A stretch of 64,000 nucleotides of DNA from Candidatus Methanomethylophilaceae archaeon (GTDB taxonomy: Archaea; Thermoplasmatota; Thermoplasmata; Methanomassiliicoccales; Methanomethylophilaceae), in the NCBI GenBank assembly GCA_051887655.1, contig JBJEZZ010000002.1, forward strand, positions 12,138-76,137, in the 5' to 3' direction. This document shows, piece after piece, positions 1 through 9,517 of this stretch. The notes under the pieces were generated by a model that worked only from the letters and a program-made list of their open reading frames with translations, was not told the origin of the DNA and did no database searches. Made by a program: the position numbers and the translations under genes. Within the stretch, counting starts at the first letter, position 1. The number at the start of each line of letters is the position of its first letter.

Positions 1-505
1 TGGGCTTGTCCAGCTTGATCTTGTACTGTTCCGCTCCGCAGTAGGGGCACACGGTCCTGGTGGATGCGGTCTTGGCCGTACCCTTGGAGTAGATCTTGAC
101 ATCGATGCTGTCGCTGCCGAGCTCGTCCATGTGCTCCATATCCTTCCTGGCCTCCTCGGCCTGTTCGGGGGTGAGCATGAGCCTTCCGCAGTCCCTGTTG
201 CGGCAGCAGGACTCGAGGAGGCTCTTGATGTCCTTGATGAATCCCACGTGGATGACCGGCCTTGCGAGCTCGATGTGTCCGAAGTGTCCGGGACACTCTC
301 CGGATTTGCATCCGCAGGTCTTGCACTTGAGTCCGGGCTCGACGACACCGAGATTGGTGTCCATGAGACCGCCGTCGTAGGGGAATCCCTCATCGTTGTA
401 CGTGTCCGCGGTGATGACCTTCACGGCGGACATCTTCCTGATCTCTTCGGGGGAAAGGCACGAGAACTTGATCGAACCGATCCTCTTGACAATGTCGTTG
501 CTCAT
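1..505 (-). CDS. rpoA1: DNA-directed RNA polymerase subunit A' (N-terminal 168 codons; gene continues past window start)
   Basis: My translation from ATG 505-503 reads MSNDIVKRIGSIKFSCLSPEEIRKMSAVKVITADTYNDEGFPYDGGLMDTNLGVVEPGLKCKTCGCKSGECPGHFGHIELARPVIHVGF. These are the Rpb1/A' N-terminal zinc and clamp motifs. ATGA overlap with the rpoB stop; canonical rpoH-rpoB-rpoA1 order. Confidence 0.9.
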   Translation of the reverse strand, partial: MSNDIVKRIGSIKFSCLSPEEIRKMSAVKVITADTYNDEGFPYDGGLMDTNLGVVEPGLKCKTCGCKSGECPGHFGHIELARPVIHVGFIKDIKSLLESCCRNRDCGRLMLTPEQAEEARKDMEHMDELGSDSIDVKIYSKGTAKTASTRTVCPYCGAEQYKIKLDKP

Positions 506-3500
506 CTCAAATCCTCCAGTCTAAGCCTCATTGCCACACCCAGCGACAGGAGCTCGTCCATCAGCAGCTTGAACGCGTAGGACGTCTGGACCTGGTGGAT
601 GTTGGTGTTGTTCTTGCACACGGGGCAGTAGAGCTCCCCGTGCTTGCTCTTGATGGCGATGTGTCCGCAGTTGGGGTCGCCGCAGATGTACAGCTCGGTA
701 CCGTCGGACTGGTCCAGCAGACGGTCCTTGATGACCATGGACACACCGTGACCGATCAGACAGTCACGCTCCATCTCTCCGAACCTGAGTCCTCCGCGCC
801 TGGAACGTCCCTCGGTGGGCTGGCGGGTGAGGATCTGGACGGGTCCTCTGGACCTGTAGTGGAGCTTTCCGCTGACCATGTGGTGCAGCTTCTCGTAGAA
901 GATGACTCCGGTGTACACATCCATGGAGACCATCTTTCCGGTGACTCCGTCGTACATGACCTCCTTTCCGCTGCGTGCGAATCCGCTCTCGACGAGTCCG
1001 TCGCGGATGGAATCCTCCCTCTCTCCGGAGAAGATGGTTCCGTCGATCAGACGTCCCTGCATGGAACCGACCTTACCGCCGATCATCTCGAGGACGTGGG
1101 CGATGGTCATACGTGAGGGGATACCGTGGGGGTTGACGACGATATCGGGGGCGACACCATCCGCGGTGAAGGGCATGTCGGTCTGGCTGATGAGACGTCC
1201 GACGACTCCCTTCTGTCCGTGCCTGGAACAGAACTTGTCACCGAGCTCGGGGATCCTCTGGTCCCTGATCTTGACCCTTGCGATGGTGGTGTCCTCCTCG
1301 GACATGGTCAGCAGGACGGAATCGACCCATCCGCGCTCCCCGTACCTGACGGTGAGGGATGCCTCCCTCCTCTTGAGGCTGGTGAGCTCGCCCTCCTCGA
1401 TGAATCTAGGCGGGGATGTCTTACCGACGAGGACGTCTCCGCTGGAGACCTCCGCCTCGGGGCTGATGAGTCCGTCCTCTCCCAGTGCGGAGTAGGCGGT
1501 GTCGGCACGTGCCCCGACCACATCGGGCGAGGGGATCTCGAAGTGATCCCTCTTCCAGTCGTAGAGGTCGTGGGAGTGCTTCTCCTCGGCACGGTAGGAC
1601 CTGAGGAAGGTGGAGCGTCCGAGTCCGCGCTGGACGGAGCTCTTGTTCATGACGATCGCATCCTCGATGTTGTATCCGTGGTAGGAGAAGACCGCGATGC
1701 AGAAGTTCTGTCCCGCGGGCTTGTGGTTGTAACCGATGTACTCCATGGACTTGGTCTGCACCATCGGCATCTGCGGGTAGTGGAGCAGGTGTCCGCGGGT
1801 ATCCGGCCTGATACGGTAGTTGGCTGCGGAGAGACCCAATGCCTGCTTCGCCATTCCGGCACCCATCGTGACACGGGGTGCGGAGTTGTGCTCGGGGTAC
1901 GGGACCAGACCGGAGGCGATACCGATGATGACCATGGGGTCGACCTCCATGTGGGTGTGGTCCTTGGTGATCTTGCAGGGGACGGTCATGACACCGTTGC
2001 AGCAGAGGCACCTGAGCTCCGCGTCGCCGTCGCGTCCGGGGTTGAGCCAATCGACGTTGGCGGACGAGAGGGCCTTGTCGCAGTGCGGGCACCTTGCGGG
2101 GGTGTCGAACGCGTCCAATGCGATGTATGCGTCCTCTTCCTCCTCCGCATCGATCCACTCGATGATGCCCTCGCGGAACAGGTCGTCCCACTTGATCTTG
2201 CCGTCGCGGATGCCCTCGATGTGCTTCCTGGAGAGGATGGTCTTACCGTCCTTGACGACGAGCAGCGGGCGCCTGAGACGTCCCTCATCGGAGTTGATGA
2301 TGACCTCGTTCATCTCGGAGTCGTAGTGGATGTTCACCTCGTAGGGCAGGAGTCCGCATCTCCTCTTCTCGCGGATGTCGGACACGAGCTTCTCGGGGTT
2401 GGAGTTGCTTCCCTTCAGGTCACCGTTCACGTAGACACGGGCGGTGTTGGGCGTGTTGACGGGCTGCAGGTCACAGTCCCTGATCATCCACATGAGGTCG
2501 GAATCGCTCAGTCCCTCGGAGACGTCGGTGATGAGTGCGAGGTTCTTCACCAGACCGCAGTTCTGACCCTCGGGGGTCTCGGAAGGACAGAGCCTTCCCC
2601 ACTGGGTGGGGTGCAGGTCACGAGCCTCGAAGTGGGGCTGGGACCTGGTGAGCGAGGAGGTGACCCTCCTGAGGTGCGACATGGACGACATGTTGGTCGT
2701 CCTGTCGAGGAGCTGGGACACTCCCGCGCGTCCGCCGACCCAGTTACCGGTGGCGAGCGCGTGGATGAGCTTGTGGGTCAGGAGGTCGGGACGGATGGAG
2801 GATGCGATCCTGCAGTCTCCCTTCTTCCTGCTCCAGTTCCTCTCGAGCTGGTACTTGAGGTCCTTCATCAGGCTGTTGAAGCTGGTCCTGAAGAGGTCCT
2901 CCATGAGGTCGCCGGCGAGCTTGAGCCTCTTGTTGGCGTAGTGGTCCTTGTCGTCCTCCTTCCTCTCCCCTCTGGAGAGCTCGAGGACGGTACGTGCCAC
3001 ACGTCCGAGGTAGATCGCCTTCTTCATACGATCCTCCTTCTTGTCCCCGAGGTGGGGCAGCAGGGAACGGTCGAGGATGCTCTCGACCTTCTTAGTCCTG
3101 TACTCCTTCGCCTGACCGGCGGCGAAGTTCCTCTCGAGGTATGCGATCGCATCGGCCTCGGTGTGGAATCCGTTGGGCTGATACGTCTTCTTGTCGAAAC
3201 TGTTCTCGATGTTGGCGTAGACGATGGTGTCCATCTCGGGGCTGGTGGAGATGACCTTGCAGATCTCCTGATCCGACTCCATTCCGAGTGCCTTCATCAG
3301 TGCGATGATGGGGATGGCGCTGGTGGTGGCGGGAACGGAGACCATGACCATGCCGTCCTTCTTCTTCTCCACGAGGGTGAGGGCGCGGTATCCGTCCTTC
3401 TGGGAGAACACCTTCGCCAGCTCGATGCGGGAGCCGTACTTGTCGCTGTACTCCACCATGACCCTGTTGGGTGCAAGGTCCTCGAGGGTGATCAGGACCC

Positions 3501-4128
3501 TCTCGGTACCTCCGATGATGAAGTATCCTCCGGGATCCCTGGGATCCTCCTTGGCCTCGGTGAGCTTCTGGAGGTACTCGGAATCCGAGATGTCCCTCTC
3601 CTCGGCCTTCTCGATGTTGGCCCTGTCGAGGACGCATCCCCTGGACTTGACCATGATGGGGAGCTTTCCGACCTCGACGCGCTCATAGGGCGGGTTTCTG
3701 GAGGGGTCGGCGAGCTCGAGCCTTCCGTCGGGACCCTCCTTGTAGAGGGTGAAATCGACCTCGACGGATGCCTCGTAAGTGACGTTCCTGAGCCTGGCCT
3801 CCATGGGGGTGAGGTCGTGCTTGTATCCGTTCGCCTCCTTGATGGTAGGGGGTGCAACGTGGATGGTCGCAGGTGCCTGGTGGTCGATGTTTCCGCTCTC
3901 GTCCCTCTGCCTTCCAATGCGGATGTAGTACTGGATGCCTCCGGTACGGTCCTTGTCGAGCTTGATCATTCCGCGCTCGGCGTCGTCCGTGGGGATCCTC
4001 ATGTCGTCGAGGATCGCCTGCATCCTGTTATCGGGTTTCCCCTCGGATGCGATGAAGTCGTTGAAGGACGCGATGTGGTGGTTGACGATGCTGTGCTCTT
4101 CGAAGTAAAGATCTACCAAATCCCTCAT
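502..4128 (-). CDS. rpoB: DNA-directed RNA polymerase subunit B, unsplit (1208 aa)
   Basis: ORF track 502..4128. Motifs: GYFIIGGTERV, GLVKNLAL, PYPEHNSAPR, SRHGQKGV, GEMERDCLIGHG, and C-terminal Zn ribbon CGDPNCGH..CPVCK. Confidence 0.97.
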   Translation of the reverse strand: MRDLVDLYFEEHSIVNHHIASFNDFIASEGKPDNRMQAILDDMRIPTDDAERGMIKLDKDRTGGIQYYIRIGRQRDESGNIDHQAPATIHVAPPTIKEANGYKHDLTPMEARLRNVTYEASVEVDFTLYKEGPDGRLELADPSRNPPYERVEVGKLPIMVKSRGCVLDRANIEKAEERDISDSEYLQKLTEAKEDPRDPGGYFIIGGTERVLITLEDLAPNRVMVEYSDKYGSRIELAKVFSQKDGYRALTLVEKKKDGMVMVSVPATTSAIPIIALMKALGMESDQEICKVISTSPEMDTIVYANIENSFDKKTYQPNGFHTEADAIAYLERNFAAGQAKEYRTKKVESILDRSLLPHLGDKKEDRMKKAIYLGRVARTVLELSRGERKEDDKDHYANKRLKLAGDLMEDLFRTSFNSLMKDLKYQLERNWSRKKGDCRIASSIRPDLLTHKLIHALATGNWVGGRAGVSQLLDRTTNMSSMSHLRRVTSSLTRSQPHFEARDLHPTQWGRLCPSETPEGQNCGLVKNLALITDVSEGLSDSDLMWMIRDCDLQPVNTPNTARVYVNGDLKGSNSNPEKLVSDIREKRRCGLLPYEVNIHYDSEMNEVIINSDEGRLRRPLLVVKDGKTILSRKHIEGIRDGKIKWDDLFREGIIEWIDAEEEEDAYIALDAFDTPARCPHCDKALSSANVDWLNPGRDGDAELRCLCCNGVMTVPCKITKDHTHMEVDPMVIIGIASGLVPYPEHNSAPRVTMGAGMAKQALGLSAANYRIRPDTRGHLLHYPQMPMVQTKSMEYIGYNHKPAGQNFCIAVFSYHGYNIEDAIVMNKSSVQRGLGRSTFLRSYRAEEKHSHDLYDWKRDHFEIPSPDVVGARADTAYSALGEDGLISPEAEVSSGDVLVGKTSPPRFIEEGELTSLKRREASLTVRYGERGWVDSVLLTMSEEDTTIARVKIRDQRIPELGDKFCSRHGQKGVVGRLISQTDMPFTADGVAPDIVVNPHGIPSRMTIAHVLEMIGGKVGSMQGRLIDGTIFSGEREDSIRDGLVESGFARSGKEVMYDGVTGKMVSMDVYTGVIFYEKLHHMVSGKLHYRSRGPVQILTRQPTEGRSRRGGLRFGEMERDCLIGHGVSMVIKDRLLDQSDGTELYICGDPNCGHIAIKSKHGELYCPVCKNNTNIHQVQTSYAFKLLMDELLSLGVAMRLRLEDLR

Positions 4129-4132
4129 CGTA

Positions 4133-4411
4133 TCATCCCTTTATGACGAGCCTGTACGCGACGAACGTCTCCGCCGTCTCGCTCTGTCTCACGACCTTGA
4201 CAACACGGCCCTCCTCGATGGGGGCGTTGTTGATGTTCTCAAGGACCTTGATCGCAGCATCACTCTTTCTGATCTTGGGGAGCTGGTCGCGGTTGAGCTT
4301 CTTCTCGGAAAGAACCTGCTCCGCCTCCTCTGGGGTCAGAAGATAGTGCTCAGGCACGAGTTCGTGCTTGAGAACATTGAACGAAATATTTTCCACTGCC
4401 AAGTATTTCAC
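4133..4411 (-). CDS. rpoH: DNA-directed RNA polymerase subunit H (Rpb5 C-terminal domain homologue)
   Basis: FNVLKHELVPEHYLL...LPKI...FVAYRLVIKG, directly upstream of rpoB. There is no ATG start: the candidates are GTG 4411, TTG 4402 and GTG 4396, with AGGTGA at 4413-4408 as a possible SD. Confidence 0.88.
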   Translation of the reverse strand: MKYLAVENISFNVLKHELVPEHYLLTPEEAEQVLSEKKLNRDQLPKIRKSDAAIKVLENINNAPIEEGRVVKVVRQSETAETFVAYRLVIKG

Positions 4412-4528
4412 CTACAAAATTTCCCCGCTGCCGGTCAACGGGTAACCCATTCCCTGAGTAAACTCACGAAACTTCATTCGATATTCCTCATACTTGATCC
4501 TGCTTTGATCGCTCATGAAGACTACCTG

Positions 4529-4602
4529 CGGGCCTGAGGGGATTCGAACCCCTGACCACCTGATTAAAAGTCAGATGCTCTACCTAGCTGAGCTACAGGC
4601 CC
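4529..4602 (-). tRNA. tRNA-Lys (anticodon UUU), no encoded CCA
   Basis: Hand-folded cloverleaf: acceptor GGGCCTG/CAGGCCC, anticodon arm TCTGA-CTTTTAA-TCAGG, T arm AGGGG-TTCGAAT-CCCCT, discriminator G. Confidence 0.9.
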
Positions 4603-4779
4603 CTGATAGCTTTAGCTTGCAAAAAGTTTGCATACGATAGTTATATATAAAGATTCTCACGCGTACTTTTCTGTTATTATAGGATATGAGGGCATTACGC
4701 ACGCGTACGCGACCGTCGGGACGTGCCTCGGACGTGTGGGGATATGCGGATTGCTTAATATGTTTTTGCGGATAAGGGT

Positions 4780-6978
4780 ATGATGGCCGCGGAGTACATT
4801 GAGCTAAAGGTGGCACCTTCGAAGAAGACATGGGACCTGGGATACGGCAGGGCCAGGATGGATCAGGCGTCCCGCGAGGCCCTCGGGCTCGAATACGGCG
4901 ACATCATCGAGATATGCGGCAAGAAGCCCATCGCCGCCAAGGTCTTCAAGGACGAGGACCCGGCCCTCGGTACCGGATCCATATACATCGACGGTCTGAT
5001 GAGGACGTCGGCCGGGGTGCAGATCGGCGACACCGTGAGGGTGTACAGGCGCGACCGCGTGTACGCATCCGAGATCGTCCTCACGCCCAACATCGGCGAG
5101 GGGCAGATACTCAGATTCAAGGACCCGAACGTGGTGTCCAAGGCACATGCCGGACTGCAGGGCAGGCCCCTGATGAAAGGGGACGAGATCATCATACCGA
5201 ACCTGTACATGGGCAACCCGACCACATTCATAGTGACCGCCACCGTCCCGAACGGAGTGGTCACCATCGGCGCGGGCACCGAACTGCAGATCAACGACAG
5301 ACCCAGCAAAGCCAAGGGGAACACCATCAGCGGAAGGATAACCTACGACGACATAGGCGGCCTCAAGGGCGAGCTGGAGAAGGTGAGGGAGATGATCGAG
5401 CTCCCGCTGAACCACCCCAAGCTGTTCGAGAGGATGGGTATAGACGCGCCCAAGGGCGTCCTCCTGTTCGGACCGCCCGGCACGGGGAAGACGCTCATAG
5501 CCAAGGCGGTGGCGAAGGAATCCGGAGCGTCGTTCTACAGCATCCAGGGTCCGGAGATCGTGAGCAAGCACTACGGCGAGTCCGAGGAGAAGCTCAGGAA
5601 GGTCTTCGAGGAGGCCCGCAAGAACAGACCCAGCATAATATTCATAGACGAGATAGACTCGATCGCGCCGAAGAGGGACGACGTCATCGGAGAGGTGGAG
5701 AGGCGCATAGTGGCACAGCTGCTGACGCTCATGGACGGGATGTCCCAGATGGACGGCACGATAGTCATAGCCGCCACGAACCGCGAGGATTCCATAGACC
5801 CGGCGCTCAGGAGGCCCGGGAGGTTCGACAGGGAGATCGAGATCGGCGTGCCCGGGAAGGACGGCAGGAAGGACATCCTGGAGATCCATCTCAAGAACAT
5901 GCCGCTGTCCACGGACGTGGACGTGGAGGCGCTGGCATCCATGACCCAGGGGTTCGTCGGTGCGGACCTGGCCGCGTTGGCCAGGGAAGCGGCCATGAAG
6001 TGCCTCAGCAGGTACATGGACCGCATCAACATAGCCGCGGACATACCGGACGAGGTCATCGGTTCGATGACCGTCACCATGGGCGACTTCACCGAGGCGC
6101 TGGGCGATGTGGAACCCAGCGGGATGAGGGAGGTCATGGTGGACATACCCGAGGTCCACTGGTCGGACATCGGCGGTCTCGACGAGGTCAGGGACGAGAT
6201 CTCCGAGGTGTTCGTCCCGGAGGAGGGGCTGAAAGGATACCAGAGGCTGGGCATAAAACGTCCCAAGGGCCTGCTGCTGTTCGGTCCTCCCGGTACCGGC
6301 AAGACCATGATCGCCAAGGCGATCGCCACCGAATCGGGCGCCAACTTCATCGCGGTCAACGGACCTGAGATAGCCAGCAAATGGCTAGGGGAGTCCGAGA
6401 GGACCATCAGACAGATATTCAAACGCGCCAAGCAGATGGCTCCGTGCATAATATTCTTCGACGAACTGGATTCCATCGCCCCGAGACGCGGGTCCGGGAA
6501 CGAGGCGTGGGAGCACATCGTGGACCAGATACTCACTTCCATGGACGGTATGGAGAAGATGACCAACGTGACGGTGATCGCCGCCACCAACAGACCGGAC
6601 ATGATCGATCCGGCCATCCTGAGGCCCGGGAGGATAGACAAGAAGATCCTCATCGGCGCACCGGGAAGGGACGCGAGACTGCAGATACTGAGGATATGCG
6701 CCAGGAACATGCCGCTGAAGGATGTGGACCTTGGTGCCGTAGCGGATGCCACCGACGGATACGTCGGCGCCGACCTGTCGGAGATATGCAGGGAGGCGGG
6801 GATGAACGCGTACCACGAGGACCCCGAGACCGACGGCATATTCCAGAGGCACTTCGAATCCGCACTGTCCGCCGTCCCGCCGTCGGTGGACGCCGAGACC
6901 ATGGAATCGTACAGGCAGATGGACAGGACCCTCAGGAAGAGAAGGGCCAATTACGACAAGATACCATTCTACGGGTGA
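4780..6978 (+). CDS. cdc48: CDC48/VCP-type AAA+ ATPase (N domain plus two AAA modules)
   Basis: Two Walker A sites ([26 protein letters not shown]), two Walker B sites ([16 protein letters not shown]) and SRH regions. AT-rich box CTTAATATGTTTTT at 4754-4767 lies upstream of the ATG. Confidence 0.95.
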   Translation: MMAAEYIELKVAPSKKTWDLGYGRARMDQASREALGLEYGDIIEICGKKPIAAKVFKDEDPALGTGSIYIDGLMRTSAGVQIGDTVRVYRRDRVYASEIVLTPNIGEGQILRFKDPNVVSKAHAGLQGRPLMKGDEIIIPNLYMGNPTTFIVTATVPNGVVTIGAGTELQINDRPSKAKGNTISGRITYDDIGGLKGELEKVREMIELPLNHPKLFERMGIDAPKGVLLFGPPGTGKTLIAKAVAKESGASFYSIQGPEIVSKHYGESEEKLRKVFEEARKNRPSIIFIDEIDSIAPKRDDVIGEVERRIVAQLLTLMDGMSQMDGTIVIAATNREDSIDPALRRPGRFDREIEIGVPGKDGRKDILEIHLKNMPLSTDVDVEALASMTQGFVGADLAALAREAAMKCLSRYMDRINIAADIPDEVIGSMTVTMGDFTEALGDVEPSGMREVMVDIPEVHWSDIGGLDEVRDEISEVFVPEEGLKGYQRLGIKRPKGLLLFGPPGTGKTMIAKAIATESGANFIAVNGPEIASKWLGESERTIRQIFKRAKQMAPCIIFFDELDSIAPRRGSGNEAWEHIVDQILTSMDGMEKMTNVTVIAATNRPDMIDPAILRPGRIDKKILIGAPGRDARLQILRICARNMPLKDVDLGAVADATDGYVGADLSEICREAGMNAYHEDPETDGIFQRHFESALSAVPPSVDAETMESYRQMDRTLRKRRANYDKIPFYG

Positions 6979-6982
6979 TCCG

Positions 6983-7219
6983 ATGGGATACAGGATGCTT
7001 AGGAAGGAACTGATAGGATTGCAGGTGCTGACCGAGAGCGGGAAGGAGCTGGGAACGCTCGACGAGATCGTCATCGACGACTCCACCGGCGGGATCAAGT
7101 ACCTGCTGATAAGGTCCTACGGGAAGACCGACCCCGCGGCCAAGAAGGACGGACGCGGGAGGACGATCTGCTCCGTCATGGACATGAAGGTCGTGGACGG
7201 GCACCTGGTCGTCAAGTGA
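6983..7219 (+). CDS. small PRC-barrel domain protein (78 aa)
   Basis: LIGLQVLTESGKELGTLDEIVIDDSTGGIKYLLI pattern typical of PRC barrels. Starts 5 nt after the cdc48 stop. Confidence 0.7.
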   Translation: MGYRMLRKELIGLQVLTESGKELGTLDEIVIDDSTGGIKYLLIRSYGKTDPAAKKDGRGRTICSVMDMKVVDGHLVVK

Positions 7220-8765
7220 GGTCCTTCACCATGTACGGCCGGTCCAGGACGAAACCCATCGACGCGTAGTACTCGCGGACGCCCACGCCGCTGGTCACGC
7301 GCAACCTGGATGCTCCGGATGAGAGTGCCAGACGTTCCGCTTCGGCCACCAGTTCCTTGCCGTATCCGCGGTGCTGCCAGTCCTTTCCGCGTTCGCCGAT
7401 GGACGCTATCTTGCCGAAGACCTTCAGCTCCCTTATCGTGGCGGTGTCGGAACCGTCCGTCCTGAGACGGGTGTACCCGATCAGCGAATCGCCGTATACC
7501 AATGATATGAAATGCTCCCTTCCGCCGGATGCGTCGTACTCCACTATACGGAAACCCACTCTGTAAGGGTCGTCCAGCACCGCACCGCTGTGCCCGACCT
7601 CCCTGCATCTTATGCACCTGCAGGCCCTGCCGGTCTCCGATAGCCTCTGCTGGACCAACTGTCTTATGTTGCTCCTGAGTATGCCCGCGGCGATCTGCGG
7701 AGCGGGGATGTCCCTCTGGATCCTCTGTATGCGGACGTATTCCGGGACCTCCGCCTTCATGTCGGACAGGAGCCTCACGGCGGTATCCACGTCATACGGT
7801 TCGTATCTCCCGTCCTTCCACATGTCGTAGAGTCCGGTGCCGCCGACGACGAGTGTGGTGTAGAACTTCAGCATGTCCGGCCTGAACCTGCTGTCGTCGA
7901 ACATCATCCTGAAGGAGCGCATATCCTCCTCCGGATCGGATCCGGGAAGACCGGGCATCACATGGTAACAGACCTTCAGACCGTAGCGTCTGCACAGTTC
8001 GGTGCATTCGGCGACCTCCTTCGTCCCGTGGCCCCTGTTCACCGCGGAGAGGATGTCGTCGTTCAGGAGCTGTACCCCAAGCTCCACGCGTGTGGCGCCC
8101 AGTTCCATGGACCTGCGGATCTGCTCCTCCCCGAAGGAATCCGGGCGCGTCTCCACGGTCAGGCCCACGCATCTGTGGGCGGACACAGCGTTCCACTCCT
8201 GTGCGGTGGCGATGTCGGGCGCGTCGCGGCCGTTCATGGCGTCGAAGCACCTCCTGACGAACCATTCCTGATATTCCGGATCCCTGCAGGTGAAGGTACC
8301 GCCCATCACGATCAGATCGATCTTGTCGGTCCTGTGGCCGATCTCCTCCAACTGTATGATGCGGTCGGTGACCTGCCTCCACGGGTCGAACCCGTTGCGC
8401 GCGGCGCGTCTCGCCGCGGGTTCCTTGCCTGTATATGACTGGGGAGAGTCGTTCTCCACCCCGCCGGGACAGAAGATGCACTTCCCGTGGGGGCACGGAT
8501 GCGGCGATGTCATGACTGCGACCACCGCGACGCCGCTGATCGTGCGGACGGGCTTCTTCACCAGGAACGGCTCCACGGTCTCCCTCTCCTCCGGCCTGAC
8601 ATGTGCCAGTATGACGGAGTTCAACGGTACGGTATCCAATCTGTACCTGTGGCTCATCTTGAGCTTGACGGTCTGGAGCTCCTCGCGGGACCCGATGGCC
8701 CCCGAGAGTATCCCGTCGATGACCTCGCGCGAGAAGCGCTCCATCATCCCTTCGGGATCATCCAT
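7212..8765 (-). CDS. elp3: Elp3-type radical SAM / GNAT acetyltransferase (tRNA U34 modification)
   Basis: CPHGKCIFCPGG radical-SAM cluster motif, and a C-terminal GNAT domain with HRGYGKELVAEAERLA. Confidence 0.93.
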   Translation of the reverse strand: MDDPEGMMERFSREVIDGILSGAIGSREELQTVKLKMSHRYRLDTVPLNSVILAHVRPEERETVEPFLVKKPVRTISGVAVVAVMTSPHPCPHGKCIFCPGGVENDSPQSYTGKEPAARRAARNGFDPWRQVTDRIIQLEEIGHRTDKIDLIVMGGTFTCRDPEYQEWFVRRCFDAMNGRDAPDIATAQEWNAVSAHRCVGLTVETRPDSFGEEQIRRSMELGATRVELGVQLLNDDILSAVNRGHGTKEVAECTELCRRYGLKVCYHVMPGLPGSDPEEDMRSFRMMFDDSRFRPDMLKFYTTLVVGGTGLYDMWKDGRYEPYDVDTAVRLLSDMKAEVPEYVRIQRIQRDIPAPQIAAGILRSNIRQLVQQRLSETGRACRCIRCREVGHSGAVLDDPYRVGFRIVEYDASGGREHFISLVYGDSLIGYTRLRTDGSDTATIRELKVFGKIASIGERGKDWQHRGYGKELVAEAERLALSSGASRLRVTSGVGVREYYASMGFVLDRPYMVKDLT

Positions 8766-9003
8766 AAAACGGCTCCGGCCTCTTCTTGGACCTCTCTTCC
8801 TCCGCGGAGGACTCCAGAAGGTCCATGTAAGTGATCTGGGACACCATGAAGAACCTTATCTTCCCGCCGTCCATGCGGATGACCAGGGCAGATTCGCTGC
8901 CTATGATCGCGTATCCGGAGAATACGCCGATCGTGTCTTCCTCCTCCGCGGACCTGATGAGGTACTTGGCGCCGATGGTGAGCTCGTATCCGGGTTCAGT
9001 CAA
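8758..9003 (-). CDS. hypothetical small protein (81 aa, TTG start)
   Basis: Balanced, non-repetitive composition. Overlaps the upstream wHTH gene stop by 8 nt and the elp3 start by 8 nt, which suggests translational coupling. No family recognised. Confidence 0.5.
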   Translation of the reverse strand: MTEPGYELTIGAKYLIRSAEEEDTIGVFSGYAIIGSESALVIRMDGGKIRFFMVSQITYMDLLESSAEEERSKKRPEPFYG

Positions 9004-9460
9004 TGTTCTCCCTCCTTGCCGTCATTAATTTCTGGAAATGATCCACGGTGGCGGTGTAGTTCTGCATCGCCAACTCGACGTTGGATCTGGTGAAGCTCCA
9101 TGCCTTGGACAGGTCGCCGTATCTGATGCGGTAACCCTTCCTCATGTCCCCGTCGTATTCGACATCCATGGATTCCAGGAGGTCGAGGGACTTCAGCTTG
9201 TTGATGTGCCTGTAGATGGTGGGCTTGCTGGTCTCGAGGAGATACGCGAGCTCCTCCACGGACCATGCCCTGTCCTGATACTTCATGAAGAAATCCATGA
9301 ACAGGCGGTACGGGACGCTGTCCCTTATGCTGGTGGCGGACGTCTTCGGATCGTATCCTTTCGGGATGTATCCGATATTGATCAGGAAGGACTCTGCGAT
9401 AAGATTCGGATCCGACACCGCACTCATCGGTGTATTGCTCACGACCTGTAACTCGAACAT
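8996..9460 (-). CDS. winged-helix transcriptional regulator (ArsR/MarR-like)
   Basis: WSVEELAYLLETSKPTIYRHINKLKSLDLLE helix-turn-helix segment. Confidence 0.7.
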   Translation of the reverse strand: MFELQVVSNTPMSAVSDPNLIAESFLINIGYIPKGYDPKTSATSIRDSVPYRLFMDFFMKYQDRAWSVEELAYLLETSKPTIYRHINKLKSLDLLESMDVEYDGDMRKGYRIRYGDLSKAWSFTRSNVELAMQNYTATVDHFQKLMTARRENID

Positions 9461-9517
9461 CTCATCATCCCTTTTATGTTGAACCTTAATCAGTTAAGCT
9501 ACTATTTTAACTTCCCG

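Noticed and set aside
1126-4146. Very long ORFs antisense to real genes: 1006 aa opposite rpoB, 957 aa at 42142..45015 opposite gyrA, 712 aa at 29727..31865 opposite the HdrD-like gene, 681 aa at 44921..46966 opposite gyrB, and 630 aa at 24014..25906 opposite the PLD gene.
   Set aside because: Their translations are low-complexity (G/D/V/L/H/R-rich) with no recognisable motifs, whereas the opposite strands encode textbook proteins. This is the expected shadow-ORF effect of GC-rich codon usage that avoids TTA, CTA and TCA codons.
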